Shown in pieces: positions 20,556 through 31,551 of a stretch of 64,000 nucleotides of DNA. The stretch lies in the sequence record PZ445134.1; one strand, 5' to 3'. The notes beneath the pieces were generated by a model. The model worked only from the letters and a program-made list of their open reading frames with translations, was not told the DNA's origin and searched no databases. Made by a program: the position numbers and the translations under genes. The DNA is from a phage. How positions within the stretch are numbered: position 1 is the first letter of the stretch; every line of letters begins with the position of its first letter.

Positions 20556-23500
20556 ATGGTTGACATCAAACGTAAGTTCAGGGCCGAAGATGGTCTTGAC
20601 GCAGGCGGTGATAAGATAGTTAACGTTGCGCTTGCTGACCGCACAGTTGGCACCGATGGCGTGAACGTTGACTTTTTGGTGCAAGAAAACACCGTACAGA
20701 ATTATGACGAGACGCGCGCGTATACAAAAGATTTTATTGTTCTTTATGATAATCGTTTTTATCAAGCTTTAAGCGATATTCCAGCTCCGGCAGGCCCTTT
20801 CTCTTTGGCTAAATGGAAGGCAACTCGTACAGATGCAGAATGGATTACAGTTCAAGGCGGAGATTTCCAATTATCAGTAGGTAACTCTATTGCGGTTGAT
20901 ACTTCAGCTGGCACTGATATTAATTTCACTTTGCCTCAAAATCCTTTAGATGGCGATACAGTTATTTTGTCTGATATTGGCGGTAGAGTAGGCTATGTAA
21001 AAGTTCAAATTACTGCAGCGGCTCAAAGTATTGTAAACTTTAGAGGACAACAGGTTCGTTCAGTTTTAATGACGCACCCAAAATCTAAAATGGTCTTCAT
21101 TTTTAGCAACCGCCTATGGCAAATGTATGTTTCTGATTACGAACGTAATGCAGTCACAGTAACTCCTGCTAAGCCATATCAAGCACAACCTAACGATTTT
21201 ATCATTCGACATTTTACATCAGCCGCTCCTATTAATATTACATTGCCTCGTAATGCTAATAATGGCGATATTATTAATTTAGTGGATTTAGACAAATTAA
21301 ACCCATTATATCACACAATTGTCAAAACTTACGATGATACAACTTCTATACGAGAAGCTGGTGTTCATGTAGCAGAAGGACGTAATACTGCGGAAGCATT
21401 CTTTGTTTATGATTCTGCCAATAGTTTATGGCGTGTTTGGGAAGGTGACCAGAAATCTCGTTTACGTATAGTTCGTAATGATACTGATTTACGCCCTAAT
21501 GAAGAAGTTCTTGTTTTTGGAACTGATAATAATACAATCTCGACGGTAAATCTTACTTTGCCTACAGATATTTTGTCTGGCGATACTGTTAAAATATCGT
21601 TGAATTATATGCGTAAAGGGCAAACTGTAAAAATTAAAGCTGCTGAAGGCGATACAATTGCTAGCAGTATTTCTTTATTACAGTTCCCAAAACGTTCTGA
21701 GTATCCACCTGATGCACAATGGGTTTCTGTTAGTGAGCTGGAATTTAATGGTGATACTTCGTATGTACCTGTACTTGAGTTATCTTATATAGAAGATTAT
21801 TCATCTGAAACAAAATATTGGGTAGTTCAACAAAACACCGTAACCGTCGAACGAGTCGATGCATCTAGCAATAACACTCGAGCTCGTTTAGGTGTTATTG
21901 CTCTTGCTTCTCAAGAGCAAGCAAATGTCGATTTAGAAAATGCTCCTGGTAAAGAACTGGCTATTACTCCTGAAACATTAGCAAATCGTACAGCAACTGA
22001 AACTCGTCGTGGTATTGCTCGTATTGCAACAACTGCACAAGTTAACCAGAATACCGATTTTGCATTCCAAGACGACTTGATTATTTCTCCTAAGAAATTG
22101 AACGAACGTACAGCAACTGAAACCCGTAGAGGTGTTGCTGAAGTTGCAACTCAGGCTGAAACTAATGCTGGAACAGATGACACCACTATTATTACTCCTA
22201 AGAAATTGGATGCCCGTCAAGGTTCTGAAGTTTTATCCGGTATTGTAAAATACACATCTACGACTGGTACTACAGCTGCTACTATTCGCGGTAATGCTGG
22301 GACTAACGTTTATAACAAAGCCGTAGATAATTTAACTATTTCTCCAAAGGCTCTTGACCAGTATAAAGCTACCCCTACTCAGCAGGGTGCAGTAATTCTT
22401 GCTATTGAAAGTGAAGTTATCGCTGGCGAATCACAAGCCGGTTGGGCTAATGCTGTAGTGACCCCTGAAACTCTGCATAAGAAAACTTCTACTGATGGAC
22501 GTATTGGTTTAATTGAAATTGCTACGCAAGCAGAAACTAACACTGGAACTGATTATACTAGAGCAGTAACGCCTAAGACGTTAAATGATAGGAAAGCTAC
22601 GGAAGGATTATCTGGCATAGCCGAAATTGCTACGCAAGTTGAATTTGATACTGGAACTGACGATACTCGTATCTCGTCTCCACTGAAAATTAAAACTCAT
22701 TTTGATTCTTCTGACCGTACCAGTGTTAATTCTGATTCCGGACTTATTGAAGAAGGAACCTTGTGGAACCATTATACTCTTGATATTTCTAAAGCAAATG
22801 AAACACAACGCGGTACACTTCGCGTAGCGACCCAGGCAGAATCTAATGCAGGAACTTTAGATGATGTTCTTATTACTCCTAAAAAGCTTTTAGGGACTAA
22901 GTCCACTGAAACGTCTGAAGGCGTGATTAAGGTTGCTACTCAGGCTGAAACTGTAACAGGAACTTCTGCTAATACTGCTGTATCACCTAAGAATTTAAAA
23001 TGGATTGTTCAATCAGAACCATCATGGACTGCTACTACGGCAATTCGTGGATTCGTTAAAACTTCATCTGGTTCTATTACATTTGTCGGTGACGATACTC
23101 AAGGTAATACCCAGGATTTGAATCTTTATGAGAAAAATAGTTATGCTATTTCTCCATATGAATTAAACCGTGTACTTGCTAACTACTTACCGTTGAAAGC
23201 TAAAGCAGCTGATAGTAATTTGTTAGATGGTCTAGATTCTCTTCAGTTCATCCGTAGAGACATCGACCAGACGGTTAATGGTTCTTTAAGTTTTACTAAA
23301 CAGACCAACCTGAGTGCTCCTTTAGTATCTACAAGCACTGCTTCTTTTGGTTCCGAAGCATCTGTTACTCGTAGATTAACTCTTAATGACTCTAGCGGTT
23401 CCGAAATAATTTTCACTAAAGGAACCCAATCTCTTAGTAATAAAGAGAATTTCGTTGTTAGAGCATGGGGTAATAGCGCTACAGATGGTGCCCGTGATAC

Positions 23501-24389
23501 AGTATTTGAAGCGGGTGACGAAACCGGATACCATTTCTATTCTCAGCGCGCTGCTGATAATAGAGTATCATTTAATATTAATGGAACACTTTATTCAACA
23601 GGTATTGTTTCTACAAATGGATTAAATGTTACAGGTGTTTCTACCTTTACCGGGCCTATTAGTGCTACAGGCGAAATTGTTTCTAGTTCTCCTATTGCAT
23701 TCAGAGCTATTAACGGTAACTATGGTGTTATGCTTTATAATGCTGGTAACAGTTCTTATATTGCATTAACTAACTCAGGTGACCAGACCGGGACGTTTAA
23801 TAACTTACGCCCGATCACGATTAACAATGCCACAGGATTAGTTCGTCTTGACAACGGCGTTCAAATCACAAGTGGTGCAACAATAACTACCGGTGGGTTA
23901 ACTGTAAATAACAGAATTATTTCTAACGGCGTTAAAACTGCCACTGTTTATACCGATAAACCAACAGCTTCTACTGTAGGTTTTTGGTCTATTGACATTA
24001 ACGATTCTGCTGTATATAGCCAATTCCCTGGATACTGGACGCGTGATAACAAAGGTAACCGTGACCAAGAAATTAAATATCCTGGTACTTTGACTCAATT
24101 TGGTAATAGCTTAGATTCGCTTTATCAGGATTGGATTTGTTATCCTACAGGTGCAAATGGTGGTAGTATTCGTTATACTCGTACCTGGCAGAAAAATAAA
24201 GATGCTTGGACTTCATTTGCAATGGTATTTGATAGTGGCAACCCACCTTCACCTAGCGATGTCGGTGCTATCCCATCTGATAATGCTGTTATTGGAAACC
24301 TTACTATTCGAGACTTCTTACAATTAGGAAATGTGAGAATTGTTCCGGACCCGGTTAACAAAACAGTTAAATTTATATGGGTTGAATAA
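20556..24389 (+). CDS. 34: long tail fibre proximal subunit gp34
   Basis: 1277 aa; first gene of the plus-strand late module; late promoter TATAAATA at 20514-20521 and AGAGGA SD. Confidence 0.93.
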   Translation: MVDIKRKFRAEDGLDAGGDKIVNVALADRTVGTDGVNVDFLVQENTVQNYDETRAYTKDFIVLYDNRFYQALSDIPAPAGPFSLAKWKATRTDAEWITVQGGDFQLSVGNSIAVDTSAGTDINFTLPQNPLDGDTVILSDIGGRVGYVKVQITAAAQSIVNFRGQQVRSVLMTHPKSKMVFIFSNRLWQMYVSDYERNAVTVTPAKPYQAQPNDFIIRHFTSAAPINITLPRNANNGDIINLVDLDKLNPLYHTIVKTYDDTTSIREAGVHVAEGRNTAEAFFVYDSANSLWRVWEGDQKSRLRIVRNDTDLRPNEEVLVFGTDNNTISTVNLTLPTDILSGDTVKISLNYMRKGQTVKIKAAEGDTIASSISLLQFPKRSEYPPDAQWVSVSELEFNGDTSYVPVLELSYIEDYSSETKYWVVQQNTVTVERVDASSNNTRARLGVIALASQEQANVDLENAPGKELAITPETLANRTATETRRGIARIATTAQVNQNTDFAFQDDLIISPKKLNERTATETRRGVAEVATQAETNAGTDDTTIITPKKLDARQGSEVLSGIVKYTSTTGTTAATIRGNAGTNVYNKAVDNLTISPKALDQYKATPTQQGAVILAIESEVIAGESQAGWANAVVTPETLHKKTSTDGRIGLIEIATQAETNTGTDYTRAVTPKTLNDRKATEGLSGIAEIATQVEFDTGTDDTRISSPLKIKTHFDSSDRTSVNSDSGLIEEGTLWNHYTLDISKANETQRGTLRVATQAESNAGTLDDVLITPKKLLGTKSTETSEGVIKVATQAETVTGTSANTAVSPKNLKWIVQSEPSWTATTAIRGFVKTSSGSITFVGDDTQGNTQDLNLYEKNSYAISPYELNRVLANYLPLKAKAADSNLLDGLDSLQFIRRDIDQTVNGSLSFTKQTNLSAPLVSTSTASFGSEASVTRRLTLNDSSGSEIIFTKGTQSLSNKENFVVRAWGNSATDGARDTVFEAGDETGYHFYSQRAADNRVSFNINGTLYSTGIVSTNGLNVTGVSTFTGPISATGEIVSSSPIAFRAINGNYGVMLYNAGNSSYIALTNSGDQTGTFNNLRPITINNATGLVRLDNGVQITSGATITTGGLTVNNRIISNGVKTATVYTDKPTASTVGFWSIDINDSAVYSQFPGYWTRDNKGNRDQEIKYPGTLTQFGNSLDSLYQDWICYPTGANGGSIRYTRTWQKNKDAWTSFAMVFDSGNPPSPSDVGAIPSDNAVIGNLTIRDFLQLGNVRIVPDPVNKTVKFIWVE

Positions 24390-24397
24390 GAGGTTAT

Positions 24398-25522
24398 ATG
24401 GAAAAATTTATGGCAAGGTTTGGACAGGGATACGTCCAAACGCCGTTTTTATCGGAAAGCAATTCAGTTAGATTTAAGCTAAGTATAGCGGGTTCATGCC
24501 CGCTTTCAACAACTAATCCGTATATTTTGTTCCAAAACGAGCCTTTAGGGTTGCAGTCTTTTGGTATTGGACTAAATGTTAGGGTGATAAATCCGGAAAA
24601 TGGAACTATAGTTGATAGTAAATTATACAATTTTGCGCCTACAAATAATGCAACTTCAGCTGCATTTATTTCGTTTGTTAATACATACGCAGATAATTTC
24701 ATTTTCGCATTTATTTCTAATAACAAATTTAATTTGCCGCCGGAAATAATTGAATGGTTTAAAGCTGCTGGGAGTTCAGTTATACCGTCAATTGAAGTTG
24801 CTAGTCTTGTTGATATTTCATATTCAGCGTTTTATGTTTCAGGTAAAAATACTATTGCATTAGAACACATAAAATACAGTAATAAGAAAACAATTTCTGA
24901 TTACGCAACTCCATTAGATATTGTATATGACTCTATTGCTGATATAGGTGCTACCGGCTATCCTAGACGTACATATGAAGCTCTAGAAACGTTTTTATCT
25001 CATGTTGGAAGAACTAACAATGAAATAAAAAGGATGCCTACATCATCCCTTGTTACTCCTATCGCAAACTATGGATTAAAGCCTACAGATTTTCTTTATT
25101 TGAAATTTCAATTAATGGCTGATGAAGAATTATTAGAGGAAGGAACCACAAGACTTTCAATTCGTTTCTTTAAGTCTCCATCTAGCTCTCCTATATCATC
25201 TAAAGATATAAACTTTGATGGAACTGCCGGGGAGTGGAAGCTATATGAAGAATACGTTGAAATACCAGCTGAAGCTGATGGCTTTACAGTATATTGTTAC
25301 CGTACGGCCTCAGTCGGTCAAGGTGGACTAAGAAATGTTATTTTCACTGAAGTATCATGTAACGGAAGTATAGCAAAACCAGCCGAGTTTGGTATAAACG
25401 GTATTCGTGTTAATTACATTGATGAATCATTAACCGGTAATGATATAATGGACTTGCCTACTCAGTTATCTAACGACACAGGTAAGGTATTTGGGCAGGA
25501 ATTTAAAGAGTACACAGAATAA
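24398..25522 (+). CDS. 35: long tail fibre hinge connector gp35
   Basis: 374 aa; position and size as T4 gp35; AAGAGG SD. Confidence 0.9.
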   Translation: MEKFMARFGQGYVQTPFLSESNSVRFKLSIAGSCPLSTTNPYILFQNEPLGLQSFGIGLNVRVINPENGTIVDSKLYNFAPTNNATSAAFISFVNTYADNFIFAFISNNKFNLPPEIIEWFKAAGSSVIPSIEVASLVDISYSAFYVSGKNTIALEHIKYSNKKTISDYATPLDIVYDSIADIGATGYPRRTYEALETFLSHVGRTNNEIKRMPTSSLVTPIANYGLKPTDFLYLKFQLMADEELLEEGTTRLSIRFFKSPSSSPISSKDINFDGTAGEWKLYEEYVEIPAEADGFTVYCYRTASVGQGGLRNVIFTEVSCNGSIAKPAEFGINGIRVNYIDESLTGNDIMDLPTQLSNDTGKVFGQEFKEYTE

Positions 25523-25540
25523 AGGAGGCTTCGGTCTCCT
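25523..25540 (+). terminator. hairpin after gene 35
   Basis: AGGAGGCTTCGGTCTCCT followed by TTTTCG. Confidence 0.5.
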
Positions 25541-25547
25541 TTTCGCG

Positions 25548-25555
25548 TATAAATA
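25548..25555 (+). promoter_or_regulatory. late promoter TATAAATA (gene 36)
   Basis: exact TATAAATA between the post-gp35 hairpin and the gp36 SD. Confidence 0.6.
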
Positions 25556-25581
25556 CTTTAATATTAATAAGGAGACACGAA

Positions 25582-26238
25582 ATGGCCGATTTAAAAGCCG
25601 GAAGTACAGTTGGTGGTTCCGTCATATGGCATCAAGGCAATTTTCCTTTAATGCCAGCTGGCGATGACATCCTATATAAAACATTTAAATTATACACCGA
25701 ATATAACAAGCCAAAAGCGGCTGATAACGATTTCGTATCTAAAGCAAACGGTGGGACATATCTCAAAAAGGTAATCTTTAACGAAGGTGTTGCAGTCAAA
25801 ACAACAGATGACCAAACGAATGGTATTTTTTCTGGTGGTGGTGACGCCGCGACATTCGACCAAACAAACATGGATATTGTTTCGTGGTATGGTATTGGGT
25901 TTAAATCATCTCAAGGTACAGGTGAAAGAACTGTTGTAATTGATACTCGCACCGGTAATATAAGTTCTAAAGGCGTTATTGAAGCATCTCAATTCAGAGC
26001 CACAACGTTAGCACCTTTAAATAATTACGACCTTACTCGCAAAGATTATGTTGATAGTCAAATAAATACAGTTAATGCTAATGCAAACAGTCGTGTACTC
26101 CGTTCAGGAGATACGATGACCGGCGCGCTAACCGCCCCAAACTTTTTCTCACAGAATCCTGCATCTCAACCCTCGCATGTTCCACGATTTGACCAAATTG
26201 TTATTAAGGATTCTGTTCAAGATTTCGGCTATTATTAA
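25582..26238 (+). CDS. 36: long tail fibre distal connector gp36
   Basis: 218 aa; late promoter 25548-25555; AAGGAG SD. Confidence 0.88.
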   Translation: MADLKAGSTVGGSVIWHQGNFPLMPAGDDILYKTFKLYTEYNKPKAADNDFVSKANGGTYLKKVIFNEGVAVKTTDDQTNGIFSGGGDAATFDQTNMDIVSWYGIGFKSSQGTGERTVVIDTRTGNISSKGVIEASQFRATTLAPLNNYDLTRKDYVDSQINTVNANANSRVLRSGDTMTGALTAPNFFSQNPASQPSHVPRFDQIVIKDSVQDFGYY

Positions 26239-26246
26239 GAGGACTT

Positions 26247-29200
26247 ATGGCTACTTTAAAACAAATACAATTTAAAAGAAGCAAAACTGCAGGAGCACGT
26301 CCTGCTGCTTCAGTATTAGCCGAAGGTGAATTGGCTATAAACTTAAAAGACCGTGTACTTTTTACTAAAGATGACCAAGGAAATATTATTGATCTGGGTT
26401 TTGCTAAAGGTGGTAGTATTGACGGGAATGTTATTCATACTGGCAATTATAACCAAACTGGCGATTATACTTTAAATGGAACCTTCACTCAGACAGGTAA
26501 TTTTAATTTAACTGGTATTGCTCGAGTAACTCGCGATATTATTGCCGCCGGGCAGATTATGACCGAAGGCGGAGAACTTATTACAAAAAGTTCAGGTACA
26601 TCACATGTTCGTTTTTTCGATGGCAATAGCCGCGAACGTGGCATTATCTTTTCGCCAAATAATGCTGGAGCGACCACTCAGGTAGTTAATATTCGCGTAC
26701 AAGATTATGCCGCTGATAGCGAAAGCATTTATGCGTTTTCAGGCAACGGTGTATTTTCTTCACCTGAAGTATCGGCACGGAAATCTATTTCGTCTCCACA
26801 AATTCTGACCAATAAAGTTATTACAGATGGGAAGAAGACAGGCGATTATGATATCTATTCATTAGCAAATAACACTCCATTGGCAGAAAGCGAAACGGCT
26901 ATTAACCACCTCCGCGTTATGCGAAATGCCGTAGGATCTGGTATATTCCATGAAGTTAAAGATAACTACGGGATAACCTGGTACGCCGGTGACGGGTTAG
27001 ATGCCTATCTTTGGTCGTTTACCTGGTCCGGTGGATTGAAAGCAGGCCATTCTGTTTCTATAGGTCTTCCAGGTGGCTCTAAAGGATACTCTGAACTAGG
27101 GACTGCTTCGATTGCTCTTGGTGATAATGATACCGGATTTAAATGGCATCAGGACGGATATTTTCATACAGTAAACAACGGAACAAGAACTTTCGTTTAC
27201 GGTCCTGCGGAAACACAAAGCCTTAGAAAAATGGTTATGGGTTATTCTCCGGATGGGATTCTTATGACAACGCCACCGACAGAAAACTATGCATTAGCCA
27301 CTGTTGTTACTTACCATGATAATAACGCGTTTGGAGATGGTCAGACTCTTTTGGGATATTATCAAGGCGGTAACTATCATCATTATTTCCGCGGCAAGGG
27401 TACCACAAACATTAATACTCATGGCGGTTTGTTAGTTACTCCAGGTAATATTGATGTTATTGGCGGTTCTGTTAATATTGATGGTCGTAATAATGCTTCT
27501 ACGCTGATGTTTAGAGGTAACACAACTGGTAGCAGTTCAGTTGATAATATGACAATTTCTGTATGGGGTAATACGTTTACTAATCCTAGTGTAGGTAATC
27601 GTAAAAATGTCATGGAAATTTCTGACGCAACTAGCTGGATGAGTTATATTCAAAGACTTACTACCGGTGAAGTAGAAATGAACGTCAATGGTTCATTTGA
27701 ATCATCCGGTGTTACTGCTGGAAATAGAGGAGTTCACACAACAGGCGAAATTTCATCTGGAGCAGTTAATGCGCTTCGCATTTGGAATGCAGATTATGGA
27801 GCCATTTTTAGACGTTCAGAAGGCAGTCTTCATATTATTCCAACTGCTTACGGTGAAGGTAAACATGGCGATATCGGTCCACTTCGCCCGTTTAGTATGG
27901 CTTTAGATACTGGTAAAGTTACTATTCCAGATTTACAATCAAGTTACAATACGTTTGCTGCTAACGGTTATATTAAATTTGTTGGTCATGGAGCGGGTGC
28001 CGGCGGTTATGACATTCAATATGTTCAAGCAGCTCCTATTTTCCAGGAAATTGATGATGATGCTATAAGCAAATATTATCCTATTGTTAAACAGAAGTTT
28101 TTAAACGGCAAAGCTGTTTGGTCTTTAGGTACTGAAATTAATTCGGGTACATTCGTTATTCATCATCTGAAAGAAGATGGTTCACAAGGCCATACGTCTC
28201 GTTTTAATCAAGACGGTACTGTTAACTTCCCAGATAACGTTTCTGTCGGCGGTGGTGAAGCTACTATTGCTCGCAATGGTAATATCTGGTCTGATATCTG
28301 GAAAACGTTTACTTCAGCAGGCGACGTAACTAATATTCGCGATGCAATAGCTACTCGTGTTGCTAAAGAAGGCGATACGATGACCGGCACTCTTTGGATT
28401 AATAAAGATGCTGCCGGAATAGTTCTTAATCCTCCTTTGGCTAGTGATTCGTCATTTATTCGTTCTGATACGGCCGGGGCCAATAATTGGTATATTGGTA
28501 AAGGCGGTGCCGACAATGGTCTAGGTTTTTACAGTTACATTACACAAGGCGGTGTATACATAACAAATAACGGCGAAATATCGCTTTCTCCTCAAGGTCA
28601 AGGAACATTTAATTTTAATAGAGACCGCCTTCATATAAACGGTACACAATGGGTTGCGCATAAATCTGGCGCCTGGGGTGACCAATGGGGTTTAGAAGCT
28701 CCTATATTTGTAGATTTTGGATCCGTCAGCAATGACTGCTATTATCCTATTATTAAAGGAAAATCTGGTATTACTAACGAAGGATATTTTTCCGGCGTAG
28801 ATTTTGGTATGCGACGCATTACTAATAACTGGGCACAAGGTATTATTCGTGTAGGTAACCAGGAAAATGGCCATGACCCACAAGCTATATATGAATTCCA
28901 TCATAACGGCACTTTTTATTCTCCTAACATGGTTAAAACCGGCGCAAGACTATCAGCTGGTGGTGGTGACCCGGTATGGACTGGACCATGTCTTGTTATT
29001 GGTGATAATGACACTGGCTTAGTATGGGGTGGCGACGGTCGAATAAATATGGTTGCCAATGGTATACATATTGCAAACTGGGGAGCAGGCTATCAATCTC
29101 ATCCTGGGCTTTGGGATTCAACCGGCGCTTTTTGGACAGAAACTGGAAGAGCTATCGTTTCTCATGGGCATCTCGTTCAGGCAAATGATAGTTATTCAAC

Positions 29201-29561
29201 GTATGTCCGTGATGTTTATGTCCGTTCTGATATTCGCGTTAAAAAAGACCTTGTTAAATTTGAAAATGCTTCTCAGAAGCTTTCTAAAATTAACGGTTAC
29301 ACTTATATGCAGAAGCGAGGCCTAGATGAAGAAGGCAATCAGAAATGGGAACCTAACGCAGGTTTGATAGCTCAAGAAGTTCAAGCTATTTTACCTGAAT
29401 TAGTTGAAGGTGACACTGATGGCGAAGCTTTACTTCGTTTGAACTATAACGGTGTAATTGGTTTAAATACAGCTGCAATCAATGAGCATACTGCAGAAAT
29501 TGCAGAACTTAAGTCAGAGATTGAAGAGCTTAAAAAATTAGTTAAATCATTGTTAAAATAA
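26247..29561 (+). CDS. 37: long tail fibre distal subunit gp37, with C-terminal intramolecular-chaperone-like domain
   Basis: 1104 aa; C-terminal about 113 aa (SDIRVKKDL...GLIAQEVQAILPELV...LRLNYNGVIGLNTAAINEH...coiled coil) resembles autoproteolytic chaperone domains of phage fibres. Confidence 0.9.
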   Translation: MATLKQIQFKRSKTAGARPAASVLAEGELAINLKDRVLFTKDDQGNIIDLGFAKGGSIDGNVIHTGNYNQTGDYTLNGTFTQTGNFNLTGIARVTRDIIAAGQIMTEGGELITKSSGTSHVRFFDGNSRERGIIFSPNNAGATTQVVNIRVQDYAADSESIYAFSGNGVFSSPEVSARKSISSPQILTNKVITDGKKTGDYDIYSLANNTPLAESETAINHLRVMRNAVGSGIFHEVKDNYGITWYAGDGLDAYLWSFTWSGGLKAGHSVSIGLPGGSKGYSELGTASIALGDNDTGFKWHQDGYFHTVNNGTRTFVYGPAETQSLRKMVMGYSPDGILMTTPPTENYALATVVTYHDNNAFGDGQTLLGYYQGGNYHHYFRGKGTTNINTHGGLLVTPGNIDVIGGSVNIDGRNNASTLMFRGNTTGSSSVDNMTISVWGNTFTNPSVGNRKNVMEISDATSWMSYIQRLTTGEVEMNVNGSFESSGVTAGNRGVHTTGEISSGAVNALRIWNADYGAIFRRSEGSLHIIPTAYGEGKHGDIGPLRPFSMALDTGKVTIPDLQSSYNTFAANGYIKFVGHGAGAGGYDIQYVQAAPIFQEIDDDAISKYYPIVKQKFLNGKAVWSLGTEINSGTFVIHHLKEDGSQGHTSRFNQDGTVNFPDNVSVGGGEATIARNGNIWSDIWKTFTSAGDVTNIRDAIATRVAKEGDTMTGTLWINKDAAGIVLNPPLASDSSFIRSDTAGANNWYIGKGGADNGLGFYSYITQGGVYITNNGEISLSPQGQGTFNFNRDRLHINGTQWVAHKSGAWGDQWGLEAPIFVDFGSVSNDCYYPIIKGKSGITNEGYFSGVDFGMRRITNNWAQGIIRVGNQENGHDPQAIYEFHHNGTFYSPNMVKTGARLSAGGGDPVWTGPCLVIGDNDTGLVWGGDGRINMVANGIHIANWGAGYQSHPGLWDSTGAFWTETGRAIVSHGHLVQANDSYSTYVRDVYVRSDIRVKKDLVKFENASQKLSKINGYTYMQKRGLDEEGNQKWEPNAGLIAQEVQAILPELVEGDTDGEALLRLNYNGVIGLNTAAINEHTAEIAELKSEIEELKKLVKSLLK

Positions 29562-29563
29562 TA

Positions 29564-29580
29564 GAGGGGCTTCGGCCCCT
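29564..29580 (+). terminator. hairpin between genes 37 and 38
   Basis: GAGGGGCTTCGGCCCCT (UUCG loop), directly after the gp37 stop. Confidence 0.5.
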
Positions 29581-29591
29581 TGGAGGTTTAT

Positions 29592-30365
29592 ATGGCAGTT
29601 GAAGGACCGTGGGTAGGATGGTCTGCAAGGGTACAGACTGGAGATCCTTGGATGGGTGGTGCCGCACAGAGATTAAGAATGGGCATTCCGTTCTGGATGA
29701 GTAATATGATAGGTCGATCTGTTGAAGTAATTCACACACTTGGAGCAGACCATAACTTCAATGGTCAATGGTTCCGAGATAGATGTTTTGAGGCAGGCAG
29801 TGCACCTATAGTGTTTAATATCACTGGAAATTTAGTATCATATAGTAAAGATGTTCCATTATTCTTTATGTATGGCGATACACCAAATGAATATGTTACT
29901 TTGAATATTCATGGTGGTGTTCATATGTGGGGCCGAGGTGGTAATGGTAGCGTAAATGGAAGCCCAGGCACAAATGGCGGCGATGTAATCCAAAATGATA
30001 TCGGCGGAAGACTTCGTATTTGGAACTACGGCGTTATTGCATCAGGTGGCGGTGGCGGTGGTGCAGTGTCGTTAAAGAATAGCTGGCCTGCAAATTCTAC
30101 AGCAGGTGGCGGTGGTGGTAGACCATTTGGCATCGGCGGTGGCGGCGTTAATTGGCCTGGTGGTAATGCTAGTTATGACGGTCCAGGTGGTGGTGGTGGT
30201 ACAAGTCAATATGGCGGTGGGCGTGGCGGTGATGCTGGAGGTTGGGGCGGAGATGGATGGGGTAAGAACTTGTCCAGATCTGGCGGTGGTGCTCCTGGCA
30301 GAGCAGTATTCGGAAGTTCACCGTCATGGGGTGCTACAGGCACAATCTACGGCTCCTGGATTTAA
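29592..30365 (+). CDS. 38: tail fibre adhesin gp38 (T2-type, glycine-rich motifs)
   Basis: Start set at ATG 29592 ([10 protein letters not shown]...) after GGAGG SD (track begins at an upstream TTG); conserved N-terminal region then poly-Gly motifs separating variable segments. Confidence 0.85.
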   Translation: MAVEGPWVGWSARVQTGDPWMGGAAQRLRMGIPFWMSNMIGRSVEVIHTLGADHNFNGQWFRDRCFEAGSAPIVFNITGNLVSYSKDVPLFFMYGDTPNEYVTLNIHGGVHMWGRGGNGSVNGSPGTNGGDVIQNDIGGRLRIWNYGVIASGGGGGGAVSLKNSWPANSTAGGGGGRPFGIGGGGVNWPGGNASYDGPGGGGGTSQYGGGRGGDAGGWGGDGWGKNLSRSGGGAPGRAVFGSSPSWGATGTIYGSWI

Positions 30366-30383
30366 ACGATAATACCTCTCAAT

Positions 30384-30391
30384 TATAAATA
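30384..30391 (+). promoter_or_regulatory. late promoter TATAAATA (holin t)
   Basis: exact TATAAATA 20 nt upstream of the t ATG. Confidence 0.6.
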
Positions 30392-30410
30392 TTGATAAAT
30401 GGGAGGTAAT

Positions 30411-31070
30411 ATGGCAGCACCAAAAGTATCATTTTCGCCTAGTGATATTTTATTTGGGTTGCTAGACCGCATTTTCAAAGATAACGCCTCTGGAAATATT
30501 CTTATTTCAAGAGTTGCTGTTGTAGTTCTTTTGTTCCTAATGGCACTAATATGGTACAAAGGGAATATTTTTATGGATTATTACGTGAGGTCTAAATATG
30601 ATACTTACACAGAAGTAATTCAAAAAGAAAGAAATACACGATTTGAATCTGCGGCTTTAGAGCAACTACAAATAGTCCACGTCACATCAAGGGCGGATTT
30701 TAGTTCGGTGTATTCTTTCAGACCTAAAAATCTAAATTATTTCGTCGACCTTATTGCGTATGAAGGTAAGTTACCTAGCACAGTAACTGAAAAATCTATG
30801 GGAGGATTTCCTGTTGATAAAACGACAGCAGAATATTCAGTCCATTTAAGTGGACTTCACTTTACTTCTAAAACAGATTTTGCTTTCTTACCTACCAAAT
30901 CAAAAACTCCGGAACTGGCGTATATGTATAGTTGTCCTTACTTCAATTTGGATAACATATATGCTGGAACTGTTTCTATGTATTGGTATAAGGGGTCGGA
31001 TGTGTTAAATGAAGAACGCTTGGCTGCAATATGCAACCAAGCAGCAAGGATATTAGGGCGGGCTAAATAA
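30411..31070 (+). CDS. t: holin T
   Basis: Start at ATG 30411 (MAAPKVSFSPSDILFG...) after GGGAGGT SD; matches recalled T4 holin; late promoter 30384-30391. Confidence 0.92.
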   Translation: MAAPKVSFSPSDILFGLLDRIFKDNASGNILISRVAVVVLLFLMALIWYKGNIFMDYYVRSKYDTYTEVIQKERNTRFESAALEQLQIVHVTSRADFSSVYSFRPKNLNYFVDLIAYEGKLPSTVTEKSMGGFPVDKTTAEYSVHLSGLHFTSKTDFAFLPTKSKTPELAYMYSCPYFNLDNIYAGTVSMYWYKGSDVLNEERLAAICNQAARILGRAK

Positions 31071-31343
31071 TTAGTTGTTAGAATACATCGTCAAATGGCG
31101 ATAAATATTTTCAAAACCTTCATTGAATTCACTAATCAGTGTTTTCTTTTCTTCGGCAGTTAAATTTGTAATTAGTTTTCTGAACGAATTCTGATTTAGC
31201 TGCCGACCATCTTTTTTAATTCCAATCTCATTCAAGAATCCGATGAAATTTGCTCGGTCTTCAACAATATCTTCCCTCGAGAATTTAATCAAAATAGAAG
31301 CAACCGTAATAATTTCACGTACAATTTCAATATCTTTATTCAT
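31071..31343 (-). CDS. asiA: anti-sigma70 factor AsiA
   Basis: 90 aa; near-identical to recalled T4 AsiA (MNK.I..VREIITVASILIKFSREDIVE.RANFI.FLNEIG...). Confidence 0.92.
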   Translation of the reverse strand: MNKDIEIVREIITVASILIKFSREDIVEDRANFIGFLNEIGIKKDGRQLNQNSFRKLITNLTAEEKKTLISEFNEGFENIYRHLTMYSNN

Positions 31344-31389
31344 AACGTTTTATTCATTCCATTTTGTTGATATGAGTATAGTACCATTA

Positions 31390-31551
31390 TCAGTGTTGAT
31401 TGTAAACAGCTTTTTCTACACTTTTAACGTAATCAGTGTAGTCTTCCTGTTCATACGAGTGTAAGGCCAAGAACGTGGCTAATAGTTCATTATAGACTAA
31501 AGCCTCACGCTCACGTTCTGCCTCTACTACGTTCTGAAGATTATGGCTCAT
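31390..31551 (-). CDS. hypothetical protein, 53 aa
   Basis: Track ORF trimmed to ATG 31551, which has an AGGAA SD and avoids a 65-nt overlap. Confidence 0.4.
   Translation of the reverse strand: MSHNLQNVVEAEREREALVYNELLATFLALHSYEQEDYTDYVKSVEKAVYNQH

Noticed and set aside
30106-30372. 88-aa plus-strand ORF rich in V/A/M
   Set aside because: Alternative frame of the glycine-rich (GGN-repeat) region of gp38; a compositional artefact.
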